Source of the DNA: an uncultured Thermus sp.
Lineage (GTDB): Bacteria; Deinococcota; Deinococci; Deinococcales; Thermaceae
Assembly: GCA_947085095.1 (NCBI GenBank)
Contig: CAMTVD010000009.1
Location: 1-64,000, forward strand
DNA length: 64,000 bases
Direction of reading: 5' to 3'
Position 1 is the stretch's first letter. Every line of letters begins with the position of its first letter. Below the pieces are notes generated by a model. It was not told the origin of the DNA. It saw nothing but the letters and a program-made list of their open reading frames with translations, and made no database searches. Both the position numbers and the translations under genes were made by a program. Shown here one piece after another: positions 43,361 to 53,157 of this stretch.

Positions 43361-43747
43361 TCACCTCCCGCTTTCTAGGGTATCTTTGCGCAACAGATCT
43401 GACAAGACCGCTGACACCTCTCCCTCGGCGGGGAACGCCCTCAGGCCCATGGCCTCGAGGTGGGGCCTTAGGCTCAGGCCCACCCCCCTGAGGAGGACCA
43501 GGGGCTCCCCCAGGTTCAGCATGACCACGAAGGCGGCCACGTACTCCGCCATCTCCTCCGGGGCCATGGGGGGGCCTCCCGTGCGGCCAAAGCCGGGAAG
43601 GTCCAGAAGGTAGAAGGTGTACCCCTCGGGAAGCCCTTCCCGCCAAAGGGAGGCCTCCTCGGCCAGGAGGAGGATGGGAGGGCCCTGCCCCACCCGCTGG
43701 AAGACCAGGTTCAGGCCGTAAAGGTGGATGAAGCCCCACCGCCTCAT
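43361..43747 (-). CDS. Minimal alpha/beta-hydrolase-fold protein
   Basis: GQGPPILLL, LDLPGFGRT; only 128 aa and no GxSxG. Confidence 0.7.
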   Translation of the reverse strand: MRRWGFIHLYGLNLVFQRVGQGPPILLLAEEASLWREGLPEGYTFYLLDLPGFGRTGGPPMAPEEMAEYVAAFVVMLNLGEPLVLLRGVGLSLRPHLEAMGLRAFPAEGEVSAVLSDLLRKDTLESGR

Positions 43748-44376
43748 AGGGCAAGCCCTCCGGGGAGAGGCCTAAACCCCTCCCCCAGAAGGAAGTCCGC
43801 CACCAGGTCCCGCACCTCCAGCGGGGCCTCCCAGGGGACCAGGTGCCCCGCCCCCTCGAGGGCGAAGCGGAGGGCTTCCCCCTTGGCGAAGTCCGCCACC
43901 TCCTTCCCGTAAAGGGGCGGGGTGAAAGCGTCCAGGGCCCCCTGCACCACCAGGACCCGGGCCTCCGTGCCCCTGAGCCAGCGCCGCTCGTCGGAAAGCC
44001 CCTCCAGAAGGCCCAGCCACGTCCGAAGGCTCTCCTCGGTAAGCCCCTCCTTCCAGGCGGCGAAAACCTCCTCGTCCCCCACGCTTAGGGGTCCGAAGAA
44101 GAGGGCCCGCCCCACCCGGGCGAACCCCTCCACCCCGCCCCGCTCCAGGCCAAAGCGGAGGGCGGAAAGCTTGGCGGCGAGGAGGGCGTCCTTGCGCAGG
44201 ACGGGGGAAAGGAGGATGAGGCTTCTCGCCCCCTCCCGGAACCCGATCCTAAGGGCCTCCAGGGCCCCTTCCCCGAAGGCAATGAGGTGCAGCCCCTCCT
44301 CGGCGGGAAGGCCTTCAAAGAAGCCAAGCCCGGCAGGGGGAGCCAGCAGGCCCGGAAAGACGCGCACCTCGCCCAC
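43744..44376 (-). CDS. Alpha/beta-hydrolase-fold protein, degenerate nucleophile elbow
   Basis: LIAFGEGA elbow, VVQGALDAFTPP, GAGHLVPWEAP; start inferred from TATAAA-N6-GTG. Confidence 0.7.
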   Translation of the reverse strand: MGEVRVFPGLLAPPAGLGFFEGLPAEEGLHLIAFGEGALEALRIGFREGARSLILLSPVLRKDALLAAKLSALRFGLERGGVEGFARVGRALFFGPLSVGDEEVFAAWKEGLTEESLRTWLGLLEGLSDERRWLRGTEARVLVVQGALDAFTPPLYGKEVADFAKGEALRFALEGAGHLVPWEAPLEVRDLVADFLLGEGFRPLPGGLAL

Positions 44377-44397
44377 ACCCCCTTTATACTCCAGGAC

Positions 44398-44802
44398 ATG
44401 GACGCCAAGGCGATCCTGGAGCGGGACACCCTGGACAAGACCCTGGGGGTGCGCTACCTGAAGGTGGAAAAGGAGGAAGTGGTGGCGGAGCTTACGGTCT
44501 CCCCCAGGGTCCACCAGCCCTTTGGCTTCCTCCACGGCGGGGCCACGGTGGCCCTGGCGGAGAGCGTGGCCAGCGTGGGGGGATTTCTGAACTGTCCCCC
44601 GGGGCACGCCGCCTTTGGCCTGGAGATCAACTGCAACCACATCAAGAGGAAGCAGGCGGGCACCATCCGGGCCGTGGGCAGGCCCTTGCATGTGGGCCGC
44701 ACCACCCAGGTCTGGGAGGTGAAGGTCTACGACGAGGAGGGGAAGCTCCTGGCGGCGAGCCGCTGCACCCTGGCCGTGGTTCCCCTAGAACCAGGAAAGT
44801 AG
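44398..44802 (+). CDS. PaaI/MenI-like hotdog thioesterase
   Basis: HQPFGFLHGGATVALAE, GLEINCNH, GRTTQVW. Confidence 0.9.
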   Translation: MDAKAILERDTLDKTLGVRYLKVEKEEVVAELTVSPRVHQPFGFLHGGATVALAESVASVGGFLNCPPGHAAFGLEINCNHIKRKQAGTIRAVGRPLHVGRTTQVWEVKVYDEEGKLLAASRCTLAVVPLEPGK

Positions 44803-45747
44803 CCAGGAAACCCAGTTCCTCCCCAAAAAGCCCTCGTCCCCCAGGGCCCAGAGGTCCCGGTGGCGGTCCAGGCCTTGGGGGAGGGCCTCGAGGCCAAACC
44901 CCCCGTCCCAGTCCGTGCCCAGGCCCACCCCCTTGGGGCCCAGGATGGCCTCGGCGTGGGCCTTGTGCCTTAGGAAGGCGGCGAGGGGGAGCCTCTCCAT
45001 CCCCCGCTTCCAGGCGGGGTCCAGAAAGGCGTTGAAGGGGACCAGGCCCAAGACCCCGCCTCTTTGGGCCAGGGCCAAAAGGGCCTCGTCGGAAAGGTGG
45101 CGGGGCGTGGGGGTGAGGGCCCGGGCGTTGGCGTGGGTGGCGCAGACAGGCCCCCCGTAGGCCTCGAGGGCGGGAAAGAGGGCCTCCTCGGCCAGGTGGG
45201 AGAGGTCCAGGGCCACGCCCAAGGCCTCCATCTCCCCAAGGAGGGCCCGCCCCTCCTCCCTGAGGGGGCCCGGCTCCGCGTTCCCCCCGGCGTAGGCGTT
45301 CCCCGTGGCCCAGGTGAGGGAGAGGAGCCTCAGGCCCCTTTCCCGCAAAGGGCGGAGGTCCTCGGGGGACCGCAAGGGGTGGGCCCCCTCCAGGAGGAGG
45401 ACCAGGCCGGGGACCCCGTCCTCGGGAAAGCGCTCCAGGTGGCGGAGGAGGTCCTCCCGCTCCCTGAGAATCCGCACCAGGCCCCTCCTTTCCCAGGCCT
45501 CGTAGAGGGCGAGCTGGGCGTGAAGGGCCTCCTCCCAGGCCTCTAGATGCCCCTCCCGGGGGTCTATGAAGAGGGTGGCGAAGGCGATGCCCACCCGGGC
45601 CTCCCCAAGGGAGGGGAGGGTCACCAGGGGGGTGTCGGGGTGGGGGTCGTGCTGGCGGAGGACCTCGAGGGGGAGGGTCAGGTCCCGCCCCAGGACCAGG
45701 GCGTTGTAGGCCAGGTCCAGGTGGGCGTCCACCAGGAAGGCGGGCAT
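44785..45747 (-). CDS. Membrane dipeptidase (peptidase M19)
   Basis: DAHLD, LEGA, DLSH, THAN, GLGTDWDG. Confidence 0.88.
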   Translation of the reverse strand: MPAFLVDAHLDLAYNALVLGRDLTLPLEVLRQHDPHPDTPLVTLPSLGEARVGIAFATLFIDPREGHLEAWEEALHAQLALYEAWERRGLVRILREREDLLRHLERFPEDGVPGLVLLLEGAHPLRSPEDLRPLRERGLRLLSLTWATGNAYAGGNAEPGPLREEGRALLGEMEALGVALDLSHLAEEALFPALEAYGGPVCATHANARALTPTPRHLSDEALLALAQRGGVLGLVPFNAFLDPAWKRGMERLPLAAFLRHKAHAEAILGPKGVGLGTDWDGGFGLEALPQGLDRHRDLWALGDEGFLGRNWVSWLLSWF

Positions 45748-45770
45748 GGGAGGAGTCTACAATGGGAGGC

Positions 45771-47549
45771 GTGCGGCCCGAGGACCTTCCCCCCCTCCCC
45801 GAGGCCCCCGGGGTCTACCTGTGGAAGCGGGGGGAGGAGGTGCTCTACGTGGGCAAGGCCAAGAGCCTCAGAGCCCGGGTGCGGAGCTACTTCCACGGGG
45901 AGGGAAAGGCCCTGAGGATCGCCGAGGAGGCCACGGGGCTTGACTTCATCGCCACCCGGGACGAGGTGGAGGCCCTGCTTTTGGAGGCCAACCTCATCAA
46001 GGCCCACCACCCCCCCTACAACGTCCTCCTCAAGGACGACAAGCACTACCCCTTCCTCAAGCTCACCAACGAGCCCTTCCCCACCCTTTTGGTGGTGCGG
46101 CGGGTGGAGGAGGACGGGGCCAAGTACTTTGGGCCCTTTCCTGAGGCCGGGGCCTTGAGGCGCATCAAGACCCTCGTGGACCGCCTCTTTCCCTTGCGCA
46201 AGAACTCGGGCTACCCCATGAAAAGGCGGCGCTTCCCCTGCCTCAACCACAGCATGGGGCGGTGCCTGGCCCCTTGCGTGGGCCTGGCGGACCCCAAGGC
46301 CTACGGGGAGGTGGTGCGGCAGGTGGAAGCGGTCCTGGAGGGCCGGGTGGACGGGCTTCTTTCGGAGCTAGAGGCCAAGATGCGGGAGGCCGCCAAGAAG
46401 CTTGAGTTTGAGCGGGCGGCGGAGATCCGCGACCAGATGGAGGCCCTGAAGGCCTTCTTCTCCACGGCCCAGCAGGCCTTTGACCCAGAGCTTGGCGATT
46501 TGGACTTCCTGGGGATGGCCCGGGCCGGGGCCCTCGCCGTGGTCCAGCTCTACCAGGTGCGCTCCGGGCGCATCCTGGGCCGGATCAGCCGGGCGGTGGA
46601 GAAGGAGGAGGCTTCAGACGAGGAGGTCCTCTGGGCCTTCCTAAGGGACCACTACCTGGAGGCCTCCCCCCTTCCCCCCCTGGTCCTCCTCCCCTTCCCC
46701 CTGGAGGACCTGGAGGGCCTGGCGGAGCTCTTGAGGCGCCGGGCGGGAAGGCGGGTGGAACTCAGGGTCCCCAAGCGGGGGGAAAAGCACCGGCTTTTGG
46801 AGCTGGCGGAGAAGAACGCCAGGCTGGCCCTGGAAAGCGAGCTCAAGCTTCTGGAAAGGCGGGGGGACCACCCGGGGCTCAAGGCCCTGCAGGAGCTTCT
46901 GGGGCTTTCCCAAAGACCTTTCCGCATAGAGGGCTACGACGTGAGCCACCTCCAGGGCCAGGCCCGGGTCTTTTCCATGGCGGTCATGGAGGGGGGAAGG
47001 CCCAAGAAGGCGGAGTACCGCAGGATGCGGCTTAAAGCGGGCAACGACGACTACGCCGCCATGGAGGAGGGGATCTTCCGCCGCTTCACGGGAAGCCTCA
47101 AGGAGATGCCCCTCCCCGACCTCCTCCTCATTGACGGGGGCCTGGGCCAGGTGCGGGCGGCCTTAAAGGCCCTGGAGCGGGCGGGCCTCAGCCTGCCCCT
47201 GGTGGGCCTGGCCAAGAAGGAGGAGGTCCTCACCACCCCGGAAGGGCGGGAGATCCGCCTCCCCCTCACCCACCCCGCCCTGAGGCTCCTCATCCACCTC
47301 CGGGACGAGGCCCACCGGAACGGCCTCCGCTACCACCAAAAGAAGCGGGAAGAGGGAGCCCTTCGGGTCCTGGAGGGGATTCCCGGGATCGGGGAAGGGC
47401 GGAAGAGGCTCCTTCTGGAGCGCTACGGGGGGCTCAAAGCCCTCGAGGAGGCCCCCCTGGAGGAGCTGGCCCGGCTTCCCGGGATGAACCTAAGGGCGGC
47501 CCGGGCCCTCAAAGAGGCCCTCCAGAAAGGCGCGCCTGAACCGGGGTGA
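45771..47549 (+). CDS. uvrC: Excinuclease ABC subunit C
   Basis: PGVYL, YVGKAKSLRARVRSYF, IEGYDVSH, LIDGGLGQ, RDEAHR, HhH. Confidence 0.96.
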   Translation: MRPEDLPPLPEAPGVYLWKRGEEVLYVGKAKSLRARVRSYFHGEGKALRIAEEATGLDFIATRDEVEALLLEANLIKAHHPPYNVLLKDDKHYPFLKLTNEPFPTLLVVRRVEEDGAKYFGPFPEAGALRRIKTLVDRLFPLRKNSGYPMKRRRFPCLNHSMGRCLAPCVGLADPKAYGEVVRQVEAVLEGRVDGLLSELEAKMREAAKKLEFERAAEIRDQMEALKAFFSTAQQAFDPELGDLDFLGMARAGALAVVQLYQVRSGRILGRISRAVEKEEASDEEVLWAFLRDHYLEASPLPPLVLLPFPLEDLEGLAELLRRRAGRRVELRVPKRGEKHRLLELAEKNARLALESELKLLERRGDHPGLKALQELLGLSQRPFRIEGYDVSHLQGQARVFSMAVMEGGRPKKAEYRRMRLKAGNDDYAAMEEGIFRRFTGSLKEMPLPDLLLIDGGLGQVRAALKALERAGLSLPLVGLAKKEEVLTTPEGREIRLPLTHPALRLLIHLRDEAHRNGLRYHQKKREEGALRVLEGIPGIGEGRKRLLLERYGGLKALEEAPLEELARLPGMNLRAARALKEALQKGAPEPG

Positions 47550-47563
47550 GCTGGTTGCCCTGG

Positions 47564-47617
47564 CTTTGATGGAAGACCGGGCCACGCCCCCGTCCACTGC
47601 GGGGGCTACCACCAAAA
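47564..47617. repeat. Intergenic hairpin repeat, copy 2
   Basis: CGGGCCACGCCCCCGT (47578-47593); hairpin GCCCCCG-TCCACTG-CGGGGGC; flanks TTTGATGG...CCACCAAA. Confidence 0.55.
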
Positions 47618-47647
47618 CCCTTCAAGGCCTTGTATGATGGCCCCCTG

Positions 47648-49426
47648 ATGGTGCGCCGCGCCCTGGAAGAGGCCATTCACACCGCCCTCAAGGAGATGGG
47701 CCTGGACCTCCGGCTCAAGGTGGCCAAGGCCCCCAAGGACAAGCCCGGGGACTACGGGGTCCCCCTCTTCGCCCTGGCCAAGGAGCTGAGGAGACCCCCC
47801 CAGGCCATCGCCGAGGAGCTCAAGGCCCGCCTTGAGCTTCCCCCCTTCGTGGAGGAGGCCATTCCCGTGGGAGGATATTTGAACTTCCGCCTCCGCACGG
47901 AGGACCTCCTCAAAGAAGCCCTGCGCACCAAAGGGCCCTTTCCCAAGCGGGAAGGCCTGGTCCTCATTGAGCACACCTCGGTGAACCCCAACAAGGAGCT
48001 CCACGTGGGCCACCTCAGGAACATCGTCTTAGGGGACAGCCTGGCCCGCATCCTGGCCTACGCGGGGCGCGAGGTCCTGGTCCTCAACTACATTGACGAC
48101 ACCGGCCGCCAGGCGGCGGAGACCCTCTTCGCCCTGAGGCACTACGGCCTCACCTGGAACGGGGAGGAGAAGTACGACCACTTCGCCGGCAGGGCCTACG
48201 TGCGCCTCCACCAGGACCCGGACTACGAGCGGCTGGCCCCGAGGATTGAGGAGGTCCTCCACGCCCTAGAGCGGGGGGAGCTGAGGGAGGAGGTCAACCA
48301 AATCCTCCTGGCCCAGCTCGCCACCATGCACGCCCTCGCCGCCCACTATGACCTTTTGGTCTGGGAGTCGGACATCGTGCGGGCGGGGCTCTTGCACAAG
48401 GCCTTGGCCATCCTGGAGCGAAGCCCCCACGTCTTCCGCCCCACGGAGGGGAAGTACGCCGGGGCCCTGGTGATGGACGCTAGCCCCTTCATCCCGGGCC
48501 TCGAGGACCCCCTCTTCGTCCTGGTGCGCTCCGGAGGGGCCGCCACCTACTACGCCAAGGACATCGCCTTCCAGTTCTGGAAGATGGGGCTCCTGGAGGG
48601 CCTGACCTTCCGCCCCTACGAAAACCCCTACTACCCCTCCCTAAGGACCAGCGCCCCCGAGGGGGAGCCCTATACCCCCAGGGCCAAGGAAACCGTGAAC
48701 GTGATTGACGTGCGCCAAAGCCACCCCCAGGTCCTGGTGCGGGCCGCCTTAGCCCTGGCGGGCCGCCCGGACCTGGCCGAGAGTGCCTTCCACCTGGCCT
48801 ACGAGACCGTCCTCCTGGAGGGAAAGCAGATGTCGGGGCGCAAGGGCCTCTCGGTGAGCGTGGACGAGGTCTTGGAAGAGGCCAGGAGGCGGGCCCTAGG
48901 GGTCATAGAGGAGAAGAACCCCAACCACCCCGACAAGGAGGAAGCGGCCCGCATGGTGGCCCTGGGGGCCATCCGCTTCGCCATGAGCAAGACCGAGCCC
49001 AAAAAGCAGATTGACTTCCGCTACGAGGAGGCTCTCTCCTTTGAGGGGGACACGGGGCCCTACGTGCAGTACGCCCACGCCCGGGCCCACGCCATTCTGC
49101 GCAAGGCGGGGACCTGGGGCCTCCCGGACTTCGCCCAGGCCACCCCCTACGAGAGGGAACTGGCCTTGGCTCTTCTGGACTTTGAGGAAGCCGTCCTGGA
49201 AAGCGCGGAGGAAAAGACCCCCCACGTCCTGGCCCAGTACCTCCTGAACCTTTCCGCAGCGTGGAACGCCTACTACAACGCCAAGGAGGAGGGCCGCCCC
49301 GCCACCCCCGTCCTCACCGCTCAGGGGGGCCTAAGGGAGCTCCGCCTGGAACTGGTCCGAAGCCTCCAGGAGACCCTGAGGACCGGCCTTGGCCTTCTGG
49401 GCATTCCCGCCCCTGAGGTAATGTAA
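47648..49426 (+). CDS. argS: Arginyl-tRNA synthetase
   Basis: EHTSVNPNKELHVGHLRN, MSGRKG, GDTGPYVQYAHAR. Confidence 0.96.
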   Translation: MVRRALEEAIHTALKEMGLDLRLKVAKAPKDKPGDYGVPLFALAKELRRPPQAIAEELKARLELPPFVEEAIPVGGYLNFRLRTEDLLKEALRTKGPFPKREGLVLIEHTSVNPNKELHVGHLRNIVLGDSLARILAYAGREVLVLNYIDDTGRQAAETLFALRHYGLTWNGEEKYDHFAGRAYVRLHQDPDYERLAPRIEEVLHALERGELREEVNQILLAQLATMHALAAHYDLLVWESDIVRAGLLHKALAILERSPHVFRPTEGKYAGALVMDASPFIPGLEDPLFVLVRSGGAATYYAKDIAFQFWKMGLLEGLTFRPYENPYYPSLRTSAPEGEPYTPRAKETVNVIDVRQSHPQVLVRAALALAGRPDLAESAFHLAYETVLLEGKQMSGRKGLSVSVDEVLEEARRRALGVIEEKNPNHPDKEEAARMVALGAIRFAMSKTEPKKQIDFRYEEALSFEGDTGPYVQYAHARAHAILRKAGTWGLPDFAQATPYERELALALLDFEEAVLESAEEKTPHVLAQYLLNLSAAWNAYYNAKEEGRPATPVLTAQGGLRELRLELVRSLQETLRTGLGLLGIPAPEVM

Positions 49427-49430
49427 GGGC

Positions 49431-50480
49431 ATGGGCCGTCCCCTTTTTCTTGGCCTCCTCCTTCTCCTGGCCCTGGCCCTGGGCCAGCGCCTCACCTCCC
49501 CCGAGGAGGTGGCGCGGAGCCAGGTCATCAAAAAAGCCCTCCCCGCCGTGGTGCGCATCCAGGGCACCGCCCCCGCCAGCGAAGGGGGATCCGTGGGCAC
49601 AGGCTTCTTCGTGAGCCCCTTGCGGGTGGTGACCAACTACCACGTGGTCCAGGACCTCGCCGACCTCACCGTGCGCCTTTCTGATGGCCGCACCTTCCCC
49701 GCGGAGCGCTTCGCCGTGGACCCGGGGATTGACCTGGCCCTCCTCACGGTGAAGGGGGTGCAGGCCCCGGGGGTCTTGAGCTTCAGCCGGGTCCCCACGC
49801 AAAACCTCCCCCTGGGCATGGGGGTGGTCCTGGTGGGCTTTCCCTACGGCCAGGGTCCCCTGGCCTCCTACGGCATCCTGGCAGGCATCGGACCGCTTGA
49901 GGTCCCCACTCCCGACCCCAGCATCGGGGCCGAGGTGGGGGAGTACCTCTTCACCGACGCCCCCCTCACCGTGGGCAACTCGGGTAGCCCCCTCATGAAC
50001 CTCCAAGGAGAGGTGATCGGGGTGGTGGCGGACGTGGTGGGGGGGCCCTCGGGGGTGGGGGGGATCGGGGTGGCCATCCCGGCGGAGCTGGCGGCCCAGA
50101 GCGTGGAGGACCTGGAACGCTTCGGCATCCCCCAACGGGGGTGGCTGGGGGCGAGCCTGGTTTCCCTGGAGGAGCTTCCCCCCGTCCTCCTCCGGGCCCT
50201 GGGCCTCACCACCACCCAAGGGGCCATGGTGGACCGGGTGGAGCCGGGTAGCCCCGCCGCCCGGGCGGGCCTGAGGGGGGCGCAGCGGGACCCCCAGGGC
50301 CGCCTGGTCACCCTAGGGGACGTGATCCTGGCGGTAAACGGCAAGCCGGTGAAGGACAAGGCCGAGGTGGTGCGGCAGATCGCCCGCTTCCGCCCCGGGG
50401 ACCGGGTGCGCCTCACCCTCTGGCGGGAGGGGCGGAGGCTGGAGGCCACCCTGGTCATGATGGCCCGTCCCCGGAGGTGA
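49431..50480 (+). CDS. HtrA/DegQ-like serine protease with PDZ domain
   Basis: TNYHVV, DLALL, GNSGSPL triad; PDZ motifs GSPAARAGL and GDVI. Confidence 0.9.
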   Translation: MGRPLFLGLLLLLALALGQRLTSPEEVARSQVIKKALPAVVRIQGTAPASEGGSVGTGFFVSPLRVVTNYHVVQDLADLTVRLSDGRTFPAERFAVDPGIDLALLTVKGVQAPGVLSFSRVPTQNLPLGMGVVLVGFPYGQGPLASYGILAGIGPLEVPTPDPSIGAEVGEYLFTDAPLTVGNSGSPLMNLQGEVIGVVADVVGGPSGVGGIGVAIPAELAAQSVEDLERFGIPQRGWLGASLVSLEELPPVLLRALGLTTTQGAMVDRVEPGSPAARAGLRGAQRDPQGRLVTLGDVILAVNGKPVKDKAEVVRQIARFRPGDRVRLTLWREGRRLEATLVMMARPRR

Positions 50481-50483
50481 GGG

Positions 50484-51089
50484 GTGTACATCGCCGTGGA
50501 GGGACCCATTGGGGTGGGCAAGACCACCCTGGCCTGCCTCCTGGCGGAGGCCTTGGGGGCTGAGCCCCTTTTGGAAGTGGTGGAGGAAAACCCCTTCCTC
50601 CCCCTCTTCTACCAGGACCGGGGGCGCTACGCCTTCAAGGCCCAGGTCTTCTTCCTCCTCTCCCGCTTCCGCCAGCTCGCCCGTCTGCGGGAGAGGCCCC
50701 TCTTCGGGGGGGTGGTGGCGGACTACCTCCTGGACAAGGACCCCATTTTCGCCAGCCTGAACCTCGAGGGCCCCGAGTGGGACCTCTACCTGGAGCTTTA
50801 CCGGGAGCTGGCCCCCAAGGTCCCGCCCCCCGACCTCACCCTCTACCTCCGGGCCCCGGTCCCCGTCCTCTTGGAGCGCATAAGGAAGCGGGGGCGGCCC
50901 TTTGAGGCGGGCATGGACCCCGCCTACCTGGAAGCCCTCTCGGAGGCCTACGAGCGCCACTTCGCCCGCTACCCCCATCCCCTTTTGCTCCTGGAGGCCC
51001 AGGAGCTGGACTTTAGCCCAGGGGGCCCCCACCGGGAGGAGGTGGTGGCCCTGGTGCGGGCCCACCTGGCCAAGGAGGGGAGGCCCTGA
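50484..51089 (+). CDS. Deoxynucleoside kinase
   Basis: EGPIGVGKTT, ENPFLPLFY, RIRKRGR. Confidence 0.9.
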   Translation: MYIAVEGPIGVGKTTLACLLAEALGAEPLLEVVEENPFLPLFYQDRGRYAFKAQVFFLLSRFRQLARLRERPLFGGVVADYLLDKDPIFASLNLEGPEWDLYLELYRELAPKVPPPDLTLYLRAPVPVLLERIRKRGRPFEAGMDPAYLEALSEAYERHFARYPHPLLLLEAQELDFSPGGPHREEVVALVRAHLAKEGRP

Positions 51090-51697
51090 TGTACATCGCC
51101 ATCGCCGGCAACATCGGCAGCGGCAAAAGCACCCTCACCGCCCTGCTGGCGGAGACCTTTGGGCTAAAACCGGTTTATGAAGCGGTGAGCGAGAACCCCT
51201 ACCTGGAGGACTTTTACCGGGACATGGGGGCCTACGCCTTCCACTCCCAGGTCTTCTTCCTGGCGAGAAGGGTGCGCCAGCACCTCCTGGAGGTGAACGG
51301 CAAGGAGGGGGTGGTCCAGGACCGCACCGTCTACGAGGATGCCTTCGTCTTCGCCCAAAACCTCTACCAGCAAGGCCACCTCTCCCAGCGGGACTGGCGG
51401 ACTTATATGGATCTCTTCCATAGCGTCTCCCCCGCCCTCCGAAAGCCCGATCTCCTCATCTACCTCAGGGCGAGCCTGCCCACCCTAAGGGCCCGAATCC
51501 AAAAAAGGGGCCGTCCCTTTGAAAGGGACCTCCCCGACCGCTATCTCCTGTCCCTAAACACCCTCTACGAAGAGCTGATCGCCTCCTGGAACCTATCCCC
51601 GGTAGAGGTGGTGGAGGCCGACCGGGTAGACTTCGTGGAGCGGGAGGAGGACCGGATGGCCCTCTTAGAGGCCCTGAGCCGGAGGATTGGTCCATGA
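51089..51697 (+). CDS. Deoxynucleoside kinase
   Basis: GNIGSGKST, NPYLEDFY, DRTVYED, RIQKRGR. Confidence 0.9.
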   Translation: MYIAIAGNIGSGKSTLTALLAETFGLKPVYEAVSENPYLEDFYRDMGAYAFHSQVFFLARRVRQHLLEVNGKEGVVQDRTVYEDAFVFAQNLYQQGHLSQRDWRTYMDLFHSVSPALRKPDLLIYLRASLPTLRARIQKRGRPFERDLPDRYLLSLNTLYEELIASWNLSPVEVVEADRVDFVEREEDRMALLEALSRRIGP

Positions 51698-53157
51698 CCC
51701 TCAAGGAGCTCTTCGCCCCCTTTGGGAAGGAGGCCCCGCCCCTTCCCGTGCGGGGCCTCACCCAGGACTCGAGGCGGGTGGAGCCGGGCTTCGTCTTCGT
51801 GGCCATCCCCGGTGTCCCCCTCCCCCACCGCAAGCCCCTGGACGGGCACGACTTCGTCCTCGAGGCCCTCAGGCGGGGGGCCATCGCCGTGGTGGGGGAA
51901 CGGGACCTCGCCCTTCCCGTCCCCTACCTGAGGGTGGAGGATAGCCGCCAGGCCCTCGCCCTCCTCGCCCGGCGCTTCCACGGGGAGCCCGACAGGGCCC
52001 TCACCCTCTTCGGGGTCACGGGCTCCAAGGGGAAGAGCACCACCAGCTTCCTCCTCCACCACCTCCTGGGGGAGGCGGCCCTCCTCTCCACCGTGGGCCT
52101 CCGCCTGGGGAAGGAGAAAAGGGCCCCCATCGGCCACTTCACCACCCCCGAGGCCCCCGAGGTCTACGCCTTTCTAAGGGAGGCCACGGAGCTAGGCCTG
52201 AAGGCGGCGGTGCTGGAGGTCTCCAGCCACGCCCTGGCCCTGAAGCGGGTGGAGGGGCTCACCTTCCAGGTGGGGGTGTTTGTGAGCTTCTACCCCGACG
52301 ACCACCTGGACCTCCACGGCACCCCCGAGGCCTACTTCAGCGCCAAGGCCCTCTTAGTGGAGCGGTCGGAACTCGCGGTCCTAAGCACCCAGCTTCCCCA
52401 CCTGGACCGCCTCCGCAAGAGGCCCCACCTCCTCTTCGGCCCCGGGGGGGAGGTCTGGGCGGAAGGGGTGCGGGAGGAAGCGGGTGGCCTTCGCTTCACC
52501 CTCCACACCCCCTGGGGAAAGGGAGAAGCCTTCTTGCCCATGCTGGGGGCCTACAACGTGAAAAACGCCCTGGCCGCCTCCGCCGCCGCCCTGGCCCATG
52601 GGGTGCCCCTGGAAAGGGCCCTGGAAAGGCTAGCGGGCTTCCCGGGGGTTCCGGGGCGGATGGAGGTCATCCAGGCAAAGCCCTTCCGGGTGGTCATAGA
52701 CTTCGCCCACACCGGGAAGAGCCTCGAGGCCGCCCTAGAAACCCTGAGGCCCACCACCCAAGGGCGGCTCCTCCTGGTGGTGGGGGCCGCGGGGGAAAGG
52801 GACCCAAGGAGAAGGGAGGACATCGGCCGGGTGGCGGCCCGCCTGGCCGACAAGACCTTCTTCACCGAGGAGGACCACCGCACCGAGGACCTCGGGGCCA
52901 TCCTGGAGGCCATGGCCCGGGCGGCCGAGGAGGAGGGAGGGCTTTTTGAGCTGGTCCCCAACCGGGAGGAGGCCATCCTGCGGGCCATCCTGGAGGCCGA
53001 GGAGGGGGACACGGTGCTCCTGGCGGGCAAGGGGCACGAAACCACCCTGGAAAGGGGAAGGGAGGCCCTCCCCTGGAACGAAAGGGAGGTGGCCTTAAAG
53101 GCCCTGAAGCTCAGGGCGCAGGCTGAAAGCTCCTCGCCCCGGGAAGGGGAGGCCTGA
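51694..53157 (+). CDS. murE: UDP-MurNAc-dipeptide:diamino acid ligase
   Basis: DSRRV, GVTGSKGKST, TTPE, EVSSH, DHLD, GRME, DFAH, AGKGHE. Confidence 0.92.
   Translation: MTLKELFAPFGKEAPPLPVRGLTQDSRRVEPGFVFVAIPGVPLPHRKPLDGHDFVLEALRRGAIAVVGERDLALPVPYLRVEDSRQALALLARRFHGEPDRALTLFGVTGSKGKSTTSFLLHHLLGEAALLSTVGLRLGKEKRAPIGHFTTPEAPEVYAFLREATELGLKAAVLEVSSHALALKRVEGLTFQVGVFVSFYPDDHLDLHGTPEAYFSAKALLVERSELAVLSTQLPHLDRLRKRPHLLFGPGGEVWAEGVREEAGGLRFTLHTPWGKGEAFLPMLGAYNVKNALAASAAALAHGVPLERALERLAGFPGVPGRMEVIQAKPFRVVIDFAHTGKSLEAALETLRPTTQGRLLLVVGAAGERDPRRREDIGRVAARLADKTFFTEEDHRTEDLGAILEAMARAAEEEGGLFELVPNREEAILRAILEAEEGDTVLLAGKGHETTLERGREALPWNEREVALKALKLRAQAESSSPREGEA

Noticed and set aside
44398..44802. Calling the thioesterase menI
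   Set aside because: The window encodes the futalosine (mqn) route, so a DHNA-CoA role is unsupported
47550..47647. T-box riboswitch upstream of argS
   Set aside because: Region is under 100 bp with no T-box GGTGGNACCGCG motif or terminator; it is better explained by the hairpin repeat
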